Of a DNA stretch of 64,000 nt, positions 1 to 13,129 are shown in pieces (the stretch's first letter is position 1; every line of letters begins with the position of its first letter). This stretch comes from Camelus ferus (taxonomy: Eukaryota). Made by a program: the position numbers and the translations under genes. The stretch lies in contig NC_045696.1 of assembly GCF_009834535.1 (NCBI RefSeq), positions 86,926,001 through 86,990,000 of the forward strand. Reading direction: 5' to 3'. The notes under the pieces are model-generated. The model was not told the DNA's origin. It ran no database searches and saw nothing but the letters and a program-made list of their open reading frames with translations.

Positions 1-720
1 AAATGATAGTTGGAGATTTCAACACCTCTCTTTCAGTAACTGCTAAAGTAAGTAAACAGAAACTCAATAAGTATATAGAAGTTTTAAATAATATTATCAA
101 ACAGCTTCCTTTAATCGACATTTGTAGATTACTATAGCCAGCAAAGGTAGAACACAGTTTGAAAGAGTACAAGGGACATTTACTACAATAGAACATATAC
201 TGGTTATAAAATAAGTCTTGACAAATTTTAAAAGATTGAAACTTTACAGTATGGATTCCCTCCCCAAAATACAATTAATTATTAATCAATAACAAAAAAT
301 CAATAACTAAAAATTTTGGAAAACTCCATAACTATTTATAAAGTAACAAACTCTCCTAAAAATTCCTATGTCAAAGAAAAACTCACAAGGTAATAGAAAA
401 TATTTTGACTACATTTTAATAAAATATGATATCACCTAGAACAATCCATTGAGGAAAATCATGTTTTACATTTTCATGCTAAAAAAATAAAGGTCCAAAA
501 TCCATTATCTAAGCTTACAACTTTTAAGAGTTAAATTAAAACCCATTTACTTAGAATTAAGGATAACAGAAATAATTTTTTAAAAATAAAAAATATAAAA
601 AGGAAAAAAAATAAGAGCAACTGGTTCTTACAAATGAAAAATAAAATTTAAAAAATTCCAGAATGTTTAAGGAAAATAAAGAAAACACATATTTTCAATG
701 ATAACAATGAAATAGGGATT
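1..720 (+). mobile_element. Old LINE-1 (L1M) ORF2 endonuclease-region fragment, degenerate
   Basis: atgatagttggagatttcaacacctct reads M-I-V-G-D-F-N-T, the L1 endonuclease GDFN motif. Decayed A-rich ORF2-like sequence with many stops follows. Confidence 0.85.
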
Positions 721-721
721 A

Positions 722-1485
722 TATCTTCCATCATGGAAGAGATAGTGTTTCATTCTTACTGGAATGGACATTTACTCTGGATATCAAATTTGCCTTCCCT
801 GCATGCAGTGCTTCTTCCAAAACTATCTTCTGTGGTCTTGCAGAATGCCTTATCCATCATCATGTTATTCCACACAGCATTGTTTCTGATCAAGTAACTC
901 AATTTATAGCAAAAGAAGTGTGGCAATGGTCCATACCCATGGAATCACTGATCTAACCATGTTCCCCTCCATTCTGAAGTGTCTGGTTTGACACAGTGGT
1001 GGGCTAGCCTTTTGAAGACTCAGTTATAGTTCCAGCTGGATGACAACATTTTGCAGGACTGGGGCAAGGTTCTCCAGAAGGCTATATATTCTCCAACTGA
1101 GCACCCAATATATGATGCTGCTTCTCCTACAGCCAAGACTCAAAGGTCTAGGGATTAATAAGTGGAAATGGGAGTGGCACCACTCGTTCTTAAACCTTAG
1201 TGACCCACTAGCAAAAATTTACTTCCTTTTTGTAACCTTATGTTCTGCCGGCCTAGAGAGGGAAGAATGCTTCTACAAGTAGATACAAAAAGGATTTAAT
1301 TTAACTGAAGTTAAGACTGCTGCCTGACCACTGTGGATTCCTCATGCCTCTGAATTAACAGGCAAAAATGACAATTACTATGATAATCTGGGTGGTTGAT
1401 TCTGACTACCAGGGAACAATTAAACTGCTACTGCACAATGGAGATAAGGACATAAAGGAATCCCTCAGAGCACCTCTTGGTATTA
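722..1485 (+). mobile_element. ERV-L internal fragment: integrase core plus dUTPase, degenerate
   Basis: Decayed codons match ERV-L integrase (LTGxDxYSG, ECLIHHHxIPHSIxSDQxTxFxAKEVxQW, LLKTQL). ORF 1368-1571 contains VVDSDYQGTIKLLLHNG, resembling dUTPase motif 3. Confidence 0.9.
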
Positions 1486-1492
1486 CTAAAGG

Positions 1493-1578
1493 GCTGTGGA
1501 CTGACTATTTGCGTCCTTCCACAATTTATATGTTAAACTCTGATCTCCAATGTGATGATATTTGGAGGTAGGGCCTCA
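1493..1578 (+). mobile_element. MaLR (MLT1/MST-like) LTR 5' fragment
   Basis: tgtggactga...aatttatatgttaaactctgatctccaatgtgatgatatttggaggtagggcct is typical of the start of a MaLR LTR. Confidence 0.7.
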
Positions 1579-1599
1579 TGACTGATCATGTTTTCTTCT

Positions 1600-1900
1600 C
1601 ATTTTGCTTATTAATAAGATTTTAACAAGTAATAGATGTTCTGTACCAGAGCTATCTTGCATAACAATTATTCACTCATAGTTTACTTATATTTATGTTG
1701 CTAAATTTGATATTTGGATCTAGATTTTTTTTCATGTGTAGTCATAAGTGATATTTTCCTTTTTATGCTGCATTTGTCAAGATGTTTCTTGGGAAAAGGT
1801 AGCTTTATAAAATTTCATAAAAAATTTTATCTGCCAAAGATTTGGGACAGTTTATAAGAAACAGACATTTCCTGATTAATGATATCATTTAGTTTTAAAA
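1600..1900 (-). mobile_element. Possible old L1 ORF2 fragment, antisense
   Basis: T-rich decayed sequence resembling antisense L1 ORF2 (gtcataagtgatattttcc...tttgtcaag). Confidence 0.35.
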
Positions 1901-2819
1901 ATCCATATGCCTGCTTGATTGTACTAAAGTCTATTGCCTATGATTCTAAATGGGAAGATTATATTTGTGTTACACATCTACTGAACTGCTCCATCAAATT
2001 CCAAAAATTAATCAAAGCACAGTACACACTTATGTAAAAGTAACAATCGCATTGAAATGTAAAACGCTTAAAACCTCATTTCCTGGTCACCTATTTGCAG
2101 TTATAGCTTTCCTTACATTGAAATAATTTTCTGATTTTTTTGCTTCATTCTGCATATTCTCGGCAATACTTTCTCAATCTTTTAGAGGTCCATTTTTAAA
2201 ACACTAAAGAAAAACATGAACATATTTAAACTAAAGAAACATATTCAGGACAAATATGCAGTTGCAGAGAATGGTTCGCACTGAAAAGGAGGCTCTGAAG
2301 CCTTCTTTAATTTCAGAAAAAAATTCAGACATGCATCTCCATAGTTGGCATTTGACAGTTTTTCAAAACATGAACTTGTGAGCCTGATATTCTACAGTTA
2401 TATTTGAAATGTATCTCAAATTTTCTACTTGTTTTGTTTATTTAGAATGTTAATAATTTGGGGGAAATTATTATAAAAATTTTACATGAAACTATTGGTT
2501 AAAACCATTGTATTGTACAATACTTAGACTCTATAATGTCACTCTATTGAGAAAATCTTACCTGTCGAAAATGTCCACAGGGAACAAGAGTTTAACGAGT
2601 AGATGCAACAGATTAATAAAAAGGCAAAATTTGCTGTTGTATATTACAAATAGGGAGATAAGAAGTTTCTCAGAAAATATTTCGATAAGAATCCAAAGCA
2701 AAGGTTTGAGCCCTCTGTCTAGAAGAATAAATTCCCAATACTTCTTTGCTACTGCCTAAAACACATGCCCATGTTCACACACACACACATGCACATGCAC
2801 AAGACTGCAAAAATAAACA

Positions 2820-3160
2820 AGAAAAACTACTGATATATTATACAATGACATGAATTTATCCCAAAGCATGATCCTGAGTCAAAGAGGCCACACATATTTT
2901 AAATTCTATTTATAAAATGTCTAGAAAAGGAAAAAATTGCCTACAGTGGTGGAAATTAAATAAATGATGGCCTGGGGGATGCAGTAGGAGAAGTGCCAGC
3001 AATGAGGTCCTGGAGGAAGTTTTAAAGCAAATGGAAATATTCTATACCTGACTGGGGCTATGATTATAAGAGGGACTAAATATGTTAAACCTCCTAAAAA
3101 TACAATTTACATAAATGAGGCATTCATTTATATCTCAATAAAGTCTTTTAGAAAAAAAAC
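2820..3160 (+). mobile_element. L1ME-type 3' end
   Basis: Segments actactgatatattatacaatgacatgaat, attctatttataaaatgtctagaaaaggaaaaa and atggaaatattctatacctgactgggg, ending tatatctcaataaag plus an A-rich tail. Confidence 0.75.
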
Positions 3161-3629
3161 ACACTCAGATAACAATAGTTCCATTCCTCCTTAATGGAAA
3201 GTTAAATTATACTTATATCTAGAGAAATAAGAGTAGAAGGCAGAAATTTCAAACAGATTTCCTTGGGAGAAACACACTGAGAACCACTGTTGAAAGCATA
3301 AACCACTGGGAAAATCTAAGGAACAGTATATGGCACAACTCTAAATTTACTTATGTCTCTAAATAAGTGTATTTATTTGGTGATAGGTTGTGACTGCTTT
3401 AGTAGCAAGGGCATCTATGGTACTGATGTACTTTATCAACCACACATTAATTTCCTTTCACATCCATGCCTTTGTCTCATAAAGAAAGGCTTTTTGTTTT
3501 GTTTTGTTTTGCTTACAAATTATGATTATCCTTCTTTCATTAGAAATACAATGGACACTTCAGAAATGTTCATTAAAATAGAGGGAATTTAACCCAGGAG
3601 TGTTTGGCTAAAGCTTATAACTCTTAAAT

Positions 3630-3630
3630 A

Positions 3631-3668
<38 letters not shown>
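3630..3668. repeat. Compound (CT)n(CA)n microsatellite
   Basis: Directly visible. Confidence 0.95.
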
Positions 3669-4489
3669 AGCCTAGTAGCCTATATTTGTTTTAATAGTTT
3701 TATTACCATCAAGACCTACATAGTCATTTTCTATGGAATTTAGAACCTGCTTACTAGATGATAGCCTGACAAGATTTATATTTAATCTGGATTATGTCTT
3801 TTCAAACACTCCTTGCTATAGAGTCCACAGAAAATAATATAAAAATAATAAAAAGCTCTGTTAGAGTGCTATATGTTATATTATTTAGTAGTTCAAAACT
3901 ATTCTAAACACACATACATATGCTTATTTGTATATATAAATATATGTTTGTGTACATGGTGTTTGTGTGTGTGTGTGTAGAAATGGACACCGTCTAAAAA
4001 TGTATACAAGATTTTGCTTTAATGAATTCATACCTAACATAATGCTTTCATGGAGAGATTGTAAAATGCATACACATGATAATTTTTAGTGTAGCCAAGC
4101 TCTAAACCTACCATCTCACAAGAATGTACATTTAAAGCCTTGTCAATCAGAGCATAATTAGTTACACTCACATGCAGAACAGATGGGAATGTTGGAAATG
4201 TTTCCTTTCCTTAGCATGTCAGGGAAAAAAATGCAGATGATGATTTTATGTACATATCTCTATGTGCGTATGTGTGTGTGTGTACTACAAGTTGTAGAAT
4301 ATAATTATAAAATCTACTTAATACAGCATTTAATAAAGCAGTTAAAGCACTTATTAAACTCTGACAATGTGGTGATTTTGTCACTCATATCAGCTCTGGA
4401 GAACTAAGGGATCTTTGCCTTGATTTATCTCAGTGTTTATTTCAGAAGCACCTGGTATTTGACAGCTGTTTTGCAGCAGTGATTTTAAA

Positions 4490-4945
4490 TATACAGTGGT
4501 CAACCACCCTGAACCAGCTCTGACTTGACCACAGGAGTGAAGCTGTGCAGATGAGATCTGGAGGTGTCTAAAAAGTTACCTTTGCTAATTACCATGCTAA
4601 GATCTTTGCCCAAGGGTAGGGTTGGGGAGATTTGTACTCTGTTAGGCACAATCTATGCCCTGTGCAAAAAAGCATGGAAGACTGTGCATGCCCCAGCTGC
4701 CCGTGGAAATCTCCACCCTTTCCTTAGAGCCCTGATGACATGTTTATCTGTTACCCCTTAAAATTCCCTTACTCTTCTCCCTGAAGGGAGGAGGTGTATT
4801 TAGAGCACAAGTTCTAACTTCTCCATTTCTTGAACAATAAATAAAGTTTCTGCTCTGCTTTACAGAACTGGTTCATTTGATTGGCATTTGTAACTCCAGG
4901 CAAAGGACCCCTTAAGGGGTTGCTGACCCTTTGGGGATTAGTAAT
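4490..4945 (+). mobile_element. ERV1-type solo LTR (left boundary uncertain)
   Basis: GC-richer island with a TATA-like ccttaaaatt, an aataaataaa polyA signal near 4836, and a U5-like end (ggcaaaggacccc...gtaata). Confidence 0.6.
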
Positions 4946-5199
4946 AGATACCTAAACTTCCTCAGACCACACTCAAAATCAGTGTCTTTGGAGGAGACAA
5001 GTACAGTTAAGCACATATTGTAATAATGGCTGCTTTTCTCTAGCATTTTTATATATACAGAAATGTATTTAAAAACCTTAGAACAAACACCATTCCATGG
5101 TTGCGCGCTAATAAACATTAAATAACAATGTTATTCTTTAATAAACTAGAAAATATCCTAATTCAGATTTCTACTGATCCCATAAATATGCATCATGTC

Positions 5200-5365
5200 A
5201 TGGTAAGGACACATCATTTGCAGTCAGAAATCCTACATTTGAGTTTTATCTTGAAAAAATGTTAGAGGTGTGGTCTAGGTGTATCATTAGCTGAGGCTGA
5301 TACTGCATCTGAGAAATAAGACAATAAACTCCCAACTTTTCATGAAGATCGAAATCAAAATTAGA
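5200..5365 (+). mobile_element. MIR SINE remnant
   Basis: gcagtcagaaatcct...catctgagaaataagacaataaac...catgaagat resembles the MIR head and core. Confidence 0.5.
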
Positions 5366-6424
5366 TATTTTTAGAAATGCAAACCTCTGTCCAAATTATT
5401 GATAATATAAATCAAATCATATATATGGTTTGTACATTCATTTTTGTTTGTAACAACTGCTCACGTGAACAATCCTTCCCAAGCTTTATTCTTCCATGAA
5501 AATTAAATCAGTAAAATTTGCATTGATAGGCACATCTCAATGATATTTAAAATGTGCTCATGTCTTCATTAATTCTGCCTCTGTCAAGTAGCAGGTAACA
5601 TAACATTAGTGTTTAAGGCATTTAATAAAATCACAAATTGAGAGAAACTGTCTCTACATTTTTAAGTGGTATCGTATGTGGCTATATGAGCTAAGCACCT
5701 TTATCTTTAACTTATTCACATCACAATAAAAATGAATACCCTTGATAGAACTAAATTTGTATGGTCTTAAAAATACTAAAATTATATTATTGAAATTAAT
5801 TTTTAATGTTTTAATCAGGGGTATAGTTAAAAATATAAGAACCAACATAGAATAATTGTCTATAAGTATCTTAATCAAATACATGGAGAGAGATCCTTCA
5901 ACAAATGAAGTGCTTTCAAATATGCTTTTATAGAAGAAAAAATAATTCCACCTTTTACTTAAATTTGAATTAGAATTTCTGAAAAATAATGAAATCCAAT
6001 ATATATACTTATTTATTACAGTTAAAATAAAGCTGCAATAAGTATTAAAGATTTTGACAGGGTGGTCATGTTGACAAATATTTGGCTCTTTTCCCCCAGG
6101 ACGGAAAGTATAAATTAATTATAATTTGGCAGATGGTTTAATTGTAGGGCCTCTGTCTGGAGAGCAAACAATGATAGAAGTCATATATAATATTTATGGA
6201 TAGCAAGAGTGAAGGGCAGTTCTAAGGAGTTTCAGAAGCATCAAACGTTCCCAAAATATCTACATAGTTGTCATCTTCTGGATTCTTCTTTCAAAAGTTC
6301 AATTTGGAAAATTATGCAACTATTTCAAGTTCTACATATTAGTGGATTTTTTATTTCTGTAAACCATTTTCAAAGTTTTAACTAACAATTCAAATAATTT
6401 TTAAATGACATCACAGTGAAACAA

Positions 6425-7075
6425 ATTTTGAAATCAAGCAGGACCCTGCAAGGCCCTCCTGGGTACAAAAGTGTCTCTGTAGCTCCCATTTCTTGTTTGT
6501 CAGAAAAGACTTTAGTCTCCTAGTTCTTCCCTGAGTTCCAAAGAGCAGGCACATACAGTTCCCAAGCAGGGAAGTGAGGGTTTACAGAAACAAAGTAAAA
6601 GTACTTAAATAAGAAAAGTAATGACAATAGTTCAGCAATAAAACAGAGTCCTAGTTCCTCTTCAAGTGATATGCATAACAATTGACACATATCTTTGAGT
6701 TGTTATGCAGGAACAATGACCCCCTCCCCACCTCCAAGTGGAGGATGGTGACTACATGCTGAGTACAAGCACACAGACCCCAGACTATTTGGAATCAGAA
6801 GGTAGATGAGTGATATCCTGAAATACCACCTTGTTACCTCACCACCAACCAGTCAAAAGAAAGTCATGCATCGTGCAGACCTCACCCACAAACGTTGCCT
6901 TTAAAAACCCTTCCCTGAAAGCCATCAGGGAGTTTGGATCTTTTGACCATGAGTTACCCATTCTTCTTGCTTGGTACCTGCAGTAAACACTGTATTTTCC
7001 GTCACTACAACCCAGTGTCAGTAAACCAGCTCTGCTGCATGGCAGGCAAATGGACCCAAGTTCAGTTCAGTAACA
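6425..7075 (+). mobile_element. ERV1-type solo LTR
   Basis: TATA-like gcctttaaaaaccc near 6897, polyA-like agtaaa near 6982, and the terminus ggacccaagttcagttcagtaaca typical of ERV1 LTR ends. Confidence 0.85.
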
Positions 7076-7084
7076 AGTTGATTT

Positions 7085-7180
7085 CATATATATAGACATA
7101 TATATACATATACATATATATATGCACACACACATATACACACACACACATAGATAAATATGTACATATATGTATATAAC
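7085..7180. repeat. (TA)n/(CA)n low-complexity tract
   Basis: Directly visible. Confidence 0.9.
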
Positions 7181-8239
7181 AAGAGATTCATTTTGTTTCC
7201 TCTGATAAAATGAGATTGTTACTGTTTTTAATTTTAAATGGAATTTTAGGGCTGCCCTTGGATTAAGTTCTCCTCAGGAGAAACATTTATGAATAAACAT
7301 ATAAAAAGTTAAAAATTACATTTAAGAGTTCCATGAACCAGACAGAGAGACTACACAGTGCTGGTGTCTGAATAGATTCTCAACTCTTAAGGCTGATGCA
7401 ACTGTGCTGAGGCTCAATGGGTGTTACATGATAAGCTGTCTTAGCAAAAGAAAGAAATTCTGTCCACTAAAGAAGGGATGGAGACATTTTGCCATGTCCC
7501 ACTCTCTAGGCAACATGCCTAGATCAAACACTCAGATTTTCTCCTTCAAGGGCAGGAGTGCTGCTCTTAAGACTATCAAGGCAATGCCTTCCCTTTTATT
7601 TGTTCTTCAAATTAGTGACAGAAAACAACACAGTAGAATGATAGAGGGTGTAAATTTTAGTGCAGTGTCTATATTCTGGAAAGTGTAGCCCTACAAGGAA
7701 AAATCAGCTATTCGTAGAAAGGTGAATAGATTACAGATCTGACTGCAAGTTAAAATTCTGCTGCCCCCAACCCTCTCCATTTTTAAAATTATCAATGCCT
7801 GGACCCACCCTACAGTAGTTTAGTTACAATCTCCAATGTACAGGAAAATCCTAAATTATCTAAAATCAATACTTCAGGCCAGTCAGGCAGATGTATTAAC
7901 AGACCCTAACATGCTGTCCCTGATACTTTATTCATAGGTAACTGATGAAAGAGACATGAAATACATAGCCTAAGGCTGTACTTTTAATTACCTTGGACTT
8001 GTGTTTGATGCTGTGCTTAAGCTATGTTAGAAACCGAGGGTCTTACCTCTACTGGCTTTCTCCTGTTTAGGCTCTGAAAGCGTTTTTGTCCTCTTTCCTA
8101 CTTTGATTCACAATCTTTCTAGTCTTACAAGAAGAAACCTATTCCTGTCAATGTTGCTACCTTCCTCTCCCCATCCTCTACCCACCTCCAGCTCCCTTTC
8201 CTCCTCCTCACCCTCTGCTTTTCTGTAAGTTCCTAACGT

Positions 8240-8880
8240 TTTTTTTTTTAACATTTTATCTTGAAGTTATTTTAGACTAATAAGAAAAGTCAAAAAAAAT
8301 TAGAGTCCCCCTAACCCTGCTTCCCCTAATGTTAATATCTTATATAACCATAGTAAAATTATAAAGAACAAAAATTACTGTTATAATATTATAACTAAAC
8401 TACACACACTGTGCAAAATTCACCTTTTTTTCTCTAATATCCTATTCCTGTTTTGAGGTCATAACTAGGATTCCATGCTAGTTGTTCTTTGTCTCTGTTT
8501 AGTCTCTTCCAGATTGTAACAACTTCATATTCTTATTTTTCTCAACTTTTGACACTTTTCATGAGTATGATAAGTTATTTGGCAAAATGTCCCTCAATTT
8601 ATATTTGTCTGATGTTTGTTCACACTTAGAATAAAGTTAGGCATGTTTGGCAATAGTAGCACATCAGTGATGTTCGTCTTTCTCAGTGTATCATATGGAG
8701 GGGACGGTCTGTGATATTGAAACGTCATTATTAATGATGTTAACATTCATCACTTGGCTCAGCTGATGTCTTCTGAGTTTCTCGCTGTAAGGTTACTATT
8801 TTTTTCTTTTGTAGTTAGTATCTTGGAGGAGAAATTCTAAGACTAGTCAAATCTTCTTTCTCTTCAAACATTCAATTATG
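8240..8880 (-). mobile_element. L1MC-type 3' end, antisense
   Basis: Poly-T, then ccctgcttcccctaatgttaatatcttatataaccatagta and aaatgtccctcaattt...tttgtctgatgttt, as in L1MC 3' UTRs. Confidence 0.8.
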
Positions 8881-9698
8881 CATCCATGATTTCAGTAGTA
8901 CTATACATTTAATATTTAAAATGAGAGATATTTTTCTTGAATTTTAATGAAATTTTGCAATGAGAAAGGGTAGTCAAATGTGCTCAAACTGAAGTGGTAT
9001 GAAGCATCTTAATTTTTTTTAATGTTTTAATTTTGATGTTAGTGAAGAAAGATAAGGATTTCTAAAAATTCATTCTATTTTGATCTTTTGGATAGTGAAC
9101 ATAGTTTGGTTTAAAACAAACAAAAATCAAAGAGAATTTCATAGTACATGCTGGTTGAAACAAAGTTTTACTTCTCCTTGTATCAAGTTTTGTCTCCTTA
9201 ATATAGTATAGTAATTACAATTTCTCAATGGCTCTTAGACAAAAATAAACAAAGACGTCAAAGCACTATTTCAGATATAAAAATCTGGGCAAAACAAACC
9301 AGTCAAATATTGTCCAGCTTAAAATTGGCTATTTTATTTCCTATATTTTCTAGATGTTTATAGTGAGTTTAACTACTTTTAAAATGTGAAAATATTTTTA
9401 AAATAATGTTGGTGTTGACCAGCAAAAGTAAACATCCTCTAATCAGGAAACAGTGTACATAGCTTGATATGAAATATATGGTAGGCATAGCTGTGATCAT
9501 TTCTCAAAAGTGAGCTTTCTGAAATAAATCGGTGGATTTATTTACCTAGGTCTCATTTTAGAAATTAAAGTCTCTTTCTGTGATATTAAGCAATTTTTAT
9601 TTAAAAATAAATATCCATTTCAAACTCTGCTTTATACATTGAAGTTTCTGCTACTGACTTTCATCTTTTATTCCATTTTTGGTATTTCTTAGCATTTT

Positions 9699-9941
9699 TA
9701 AAAAATATATTTTTATTGAAGTACAGTCAGTTTACAATGTTATGTCAGTTTCTGGGGTAGAACACAATACTTCAGTCATATAGGAACATACGTACATTCG
9801 TTCTCATATTCTTCTTCACCATAGGTTACTACAGTATATTGAATATGGTTCCCTGTGCTATGCAGTATAAACTTGTTGTTTATTTTATATATATTAGTTA
9901 GTATCTACAAATCTCAAACTCCCAATTTATCCCTTCTCACC
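9699..9941 (-). mobile_element. Young lineage-specific L1 3'-end copy (camelid-like) with 11-bp TSD
   Basis: tttattgaagtacagtcagtttacaatgtt...atctcaaactcccaatttatccc. Flanked by CTTAGCATTTT at 9688-9698 and 9942-9952, giving a TT|AAAA target on the minus strand. Confidence 0.9.
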
Positions 9942-12229
9942 CTTAGCATTTTAATGTTTTTTATCACAGAAACTGGCATGTGAATGTATTTTGTCCCCAA
10001 TTTCTGGCTAATCATTCTAGATATCAGTTTTGTCCCTTTTATATTTCAAGTTTGATGTATGAAACAATAGATTTCTGATTCTTAATATCCATGAAATAAT
10101 TTAGCACTTCCTACTCTTAATACATGCTTTAGAGATTAGTTGATTGAATGTTTTTATTTGGTAATAATAAAGTAGAAAGAAAATATGAAATATTATACTT
10201 TGGCTTCTCTATTTCACACTATTCATTAATAGAATGTATTATGTGTAAATTACATAAACTTTGGCATTGATATTGCAAGTAGTTTCTTCGTGGATCACTT
10301 ATATTTTAGAATTAACCTTAATCTTTTAAGAATAAGTTTTTGGACCAAAGTTAAACAAATTGGATACATAAATATCAGGCATAATCTTATGTTATTCAAT
10401 GTAATACTTATTAGGTTAAAATCACACTAATTTCAAAGAGTATGATTCATATTTGAATAATATAATTAGATAAAATGGCAGAAATATTTAGACTACATGA
10501 AATACCATTTTAGCCAGAAATAGATATGATAGAAAGTAGTATCACATATGAGTCTTTCAATTTAGCAAACTATCCAAAACTAAATCTGAATGGATTACAG
10601 AAAGAATATAAATGCAATAAAAGAACTAAAAATCTACCATAGTGTTATAAACATGGGTATTTGAATTTGGGAGTTGAAAAGCTAATTCAAAAAGGCAAAG
10701 GCAGTGTAGACATTGTGGTAGATTCAGAGATGGGGAAAGTAACAGTAGTTCACTTTTTTTGTTTGTTTTGTTCTTATCATAGCTCCAAAACCAAATTATT
10801 CTATGGATCATTTAATTTGAAGTCTCATATAATGATTTATAATTTCTAAACATAAACAGTTTTATTAGAAAATATACTCTGTGCAAAAATAAATTTACTA
10901 AATTTCCAGACACATAAATCAATGAAGTTAATTTTCTTTGTGAAATGTACAGATTAAGTGTTACATATCTGGAGCTTCACCTGATCTCAATATATACAAC
11001 TATGGAAAATTTTATTAAATAGCCAATTTTCTTTGACATTGTCATTTTTAAAAACTATTTGCATAAAAGCAAACAACCAAAGAAGAAAGAACATCAAATG
11101 TATTTTCTTACTTGACTGGCCAGCTCACTATTTCTCATAATTAATTTAAAACATTGTTATTTTGGGACATCTTCTTTCTTGCTTACTTCGTTGTTGCCTT
11201 TACTTAGTGTCAGACCCAGAGTCTATCACCATGAACACTAAAAGCCTTCAAGAATGCATTTTAAATTAGAAGAACTAATTACTGTTGAAATTTAAGGGAC
11301 TTTTTTCAGTTCTGCCACAGACAATATTTTTGAACAAAATCTTATTGGCCTCATTCTCTCTGATAATATTTTGAACTAGAAATAACAGTCTCAAAGGAGT
11401 ACACAAATCTAAACTAGATGACACATTGGATTTTGAACCTATTTAAGACACTGAAAGCTTGAAGGTTACCATAGTTTTTTTTTTTCTTTAATTGTTAAAA
11501 TTTTAAGATGCTGTTTCTATTTCTCCAAAGAGGAAATATGATAGTGATGACTTTTATTTGCCCTATATAAATGTTCCATTTTACCTTTAGCTTACAGGAC
11601 ACAGTTTGCCAAATCATGTCTTAGAGGACACACATTGAGAATTTCATTTTTATTTAGCTATGATGACTGAAAACAGGTTTTGCAACCCTTTTATTACAGA
11701 AATGATGTTGGTGAATTTTTTTTTAATTTGCTAGCCACATGAATTAGAATTTTCTTGATTTTATACTTAGGTCATATGCTAAATTTCAATTCACTTTCAC
11801 CCCCACCCCCTCATAAAACAGAAGAATCTAATAAATAAATATTTGGAAAGATGGATTTGATATTTATATTCTGATGAATTCTCAGGTAGAACAAGATTTA
11901 ATCATGTGGCCTGTCATTAGTAGCATAAATATAGTTATTTGAAAACTAGCTGTATATTTTCCCTCGGAATAGATGTTTCCTTTTGTAAGTCTGTTTTCAT
12001 ACTTCCACATAACCAAGTGCTCCCCCCATTTCCTTTATGAATAATCCTGTCTCCTCAGTGACCACAGCAAAATGACATTAAAAAAATATGGGTTGAAAGA
12101 AAGTATGAAGGCTATGAATTCCAAGGTTTAAAAATAATTTCCACTCTGCGTGGAGGAAAAAAATCAAATATTCTTCAATTAAAATGCAAGAAAAGCTAAA
12201 TCTAATAATAAATTTGGGATTTATTTAGT

Positions 12230-12370
12230 ACTTATGAAACACTGAGTAAGCTTTTTTCTCCTTAAGTAGGGTTAATGATAGTGCATACTCACTGGGATTT
12301 CATGAGGATTAAAACACATAGTATAGTGTTCAAGATTCTAGCTGCATGTTAAAACACTTAATAAACTATA
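12230..12370 (+). mobile_element. MIR core remnant
   Basis: gggttaatgatagtgcatactcactgggatttcatgaggattaaa...acttaataaa. Confidence 0.65.
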
Positions 12371-12632
12371 CCTATTTATAGAAAATATATATTGAAGGCT
12401 AGATCAAGTTTATTAATAGGAAAGTTAAATACAGAAAGTAACAGGTAAAATGATGTCTGTATAAATGACAGATTCTAATTCCTACTTTGTGGAATAGCCA
12501 GGACTTGTAATGATGGAGATAAAAATGACAGGAGAGAATTCAAGGTTAGAGGTCAATACAAAATTCACACTAGTCATAGTGGTCTACTTAGACGGCTGAC
12601 ATCAATAAAAGCAGTATGAGATATCTAACATC

Positions 12633-13085
12633 TGTTGACCTCAGAAATAAAAGTCAGTTCTTTTACCAGTAAAAATGAATTTATTCCAGAAGAGCAGAGA
12701 ATTGTAGTTCAGGACAAGCAACCCACAGCAAGAACAATATGCAAGTCCAAAACACAAAGGAGAGGAAAATTATTTTCTAGAGAAAAACGAGCAAGTTGAG
12801 AGGGGCTATTTTGAACAAAAATCCACTGGAGAAAAGTGAGAGTTCAGGGTGATGACAATTTCTCATTGGCTGAGTTGCTAGGGTAGTCAGTTTCATACAG
12901 GAGATGCAATTTATATTCTTCCCTGATGCAGCCTATAATTGATGATTCTTTCCTACTGATAATTTTTGTTTTGAGGTCTGTAATTGACAATTTTTGTAAC
13001 TGACATGGAGTGGTACTGGATGAGAGCTCCTCCTCCTGGCCTCCCAACCCCATTTTAGTGAGGTTCCCCTTTACTAATTTTCAAA
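12633..13085 (-). mobile_element. ERV1-type solo LTR with CATC TSD
   Basis: Starts TGTTG and ends ttttcaaa (probably decayed from ttttcaca). CATC lies at 12629-12632 and 13086-13089. AATAAA is on the minus strand near 12680. Confidence 0.8.
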
Positions 13086-13129
13086 CATCTAACTAATAGA
13101 AATGAGAAATGTATTTAATAAGCAATAAG

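Noticed and set aside
724..740. Inverted repeat TCTTCCAT-C-ATGGAAGA at the L1/ERV-L junction
   Set aside because: It is largely explained by ordinary ERV-L coding sequence (LPSWK) and is too short to be significant.
1040..1571. ORFs as a functional or domesticated integrase/dUTPase
   Set aside because: The surrounding pol frame is broken by many stops and frameshifts. Only short motif remnants survive.
4907..4920. 14-bp palindrome ACCCCTTAAGGGGT
   Set aside because: It lies within an LTR end, and a palindrome of this length is expected by chance in 64 kb.
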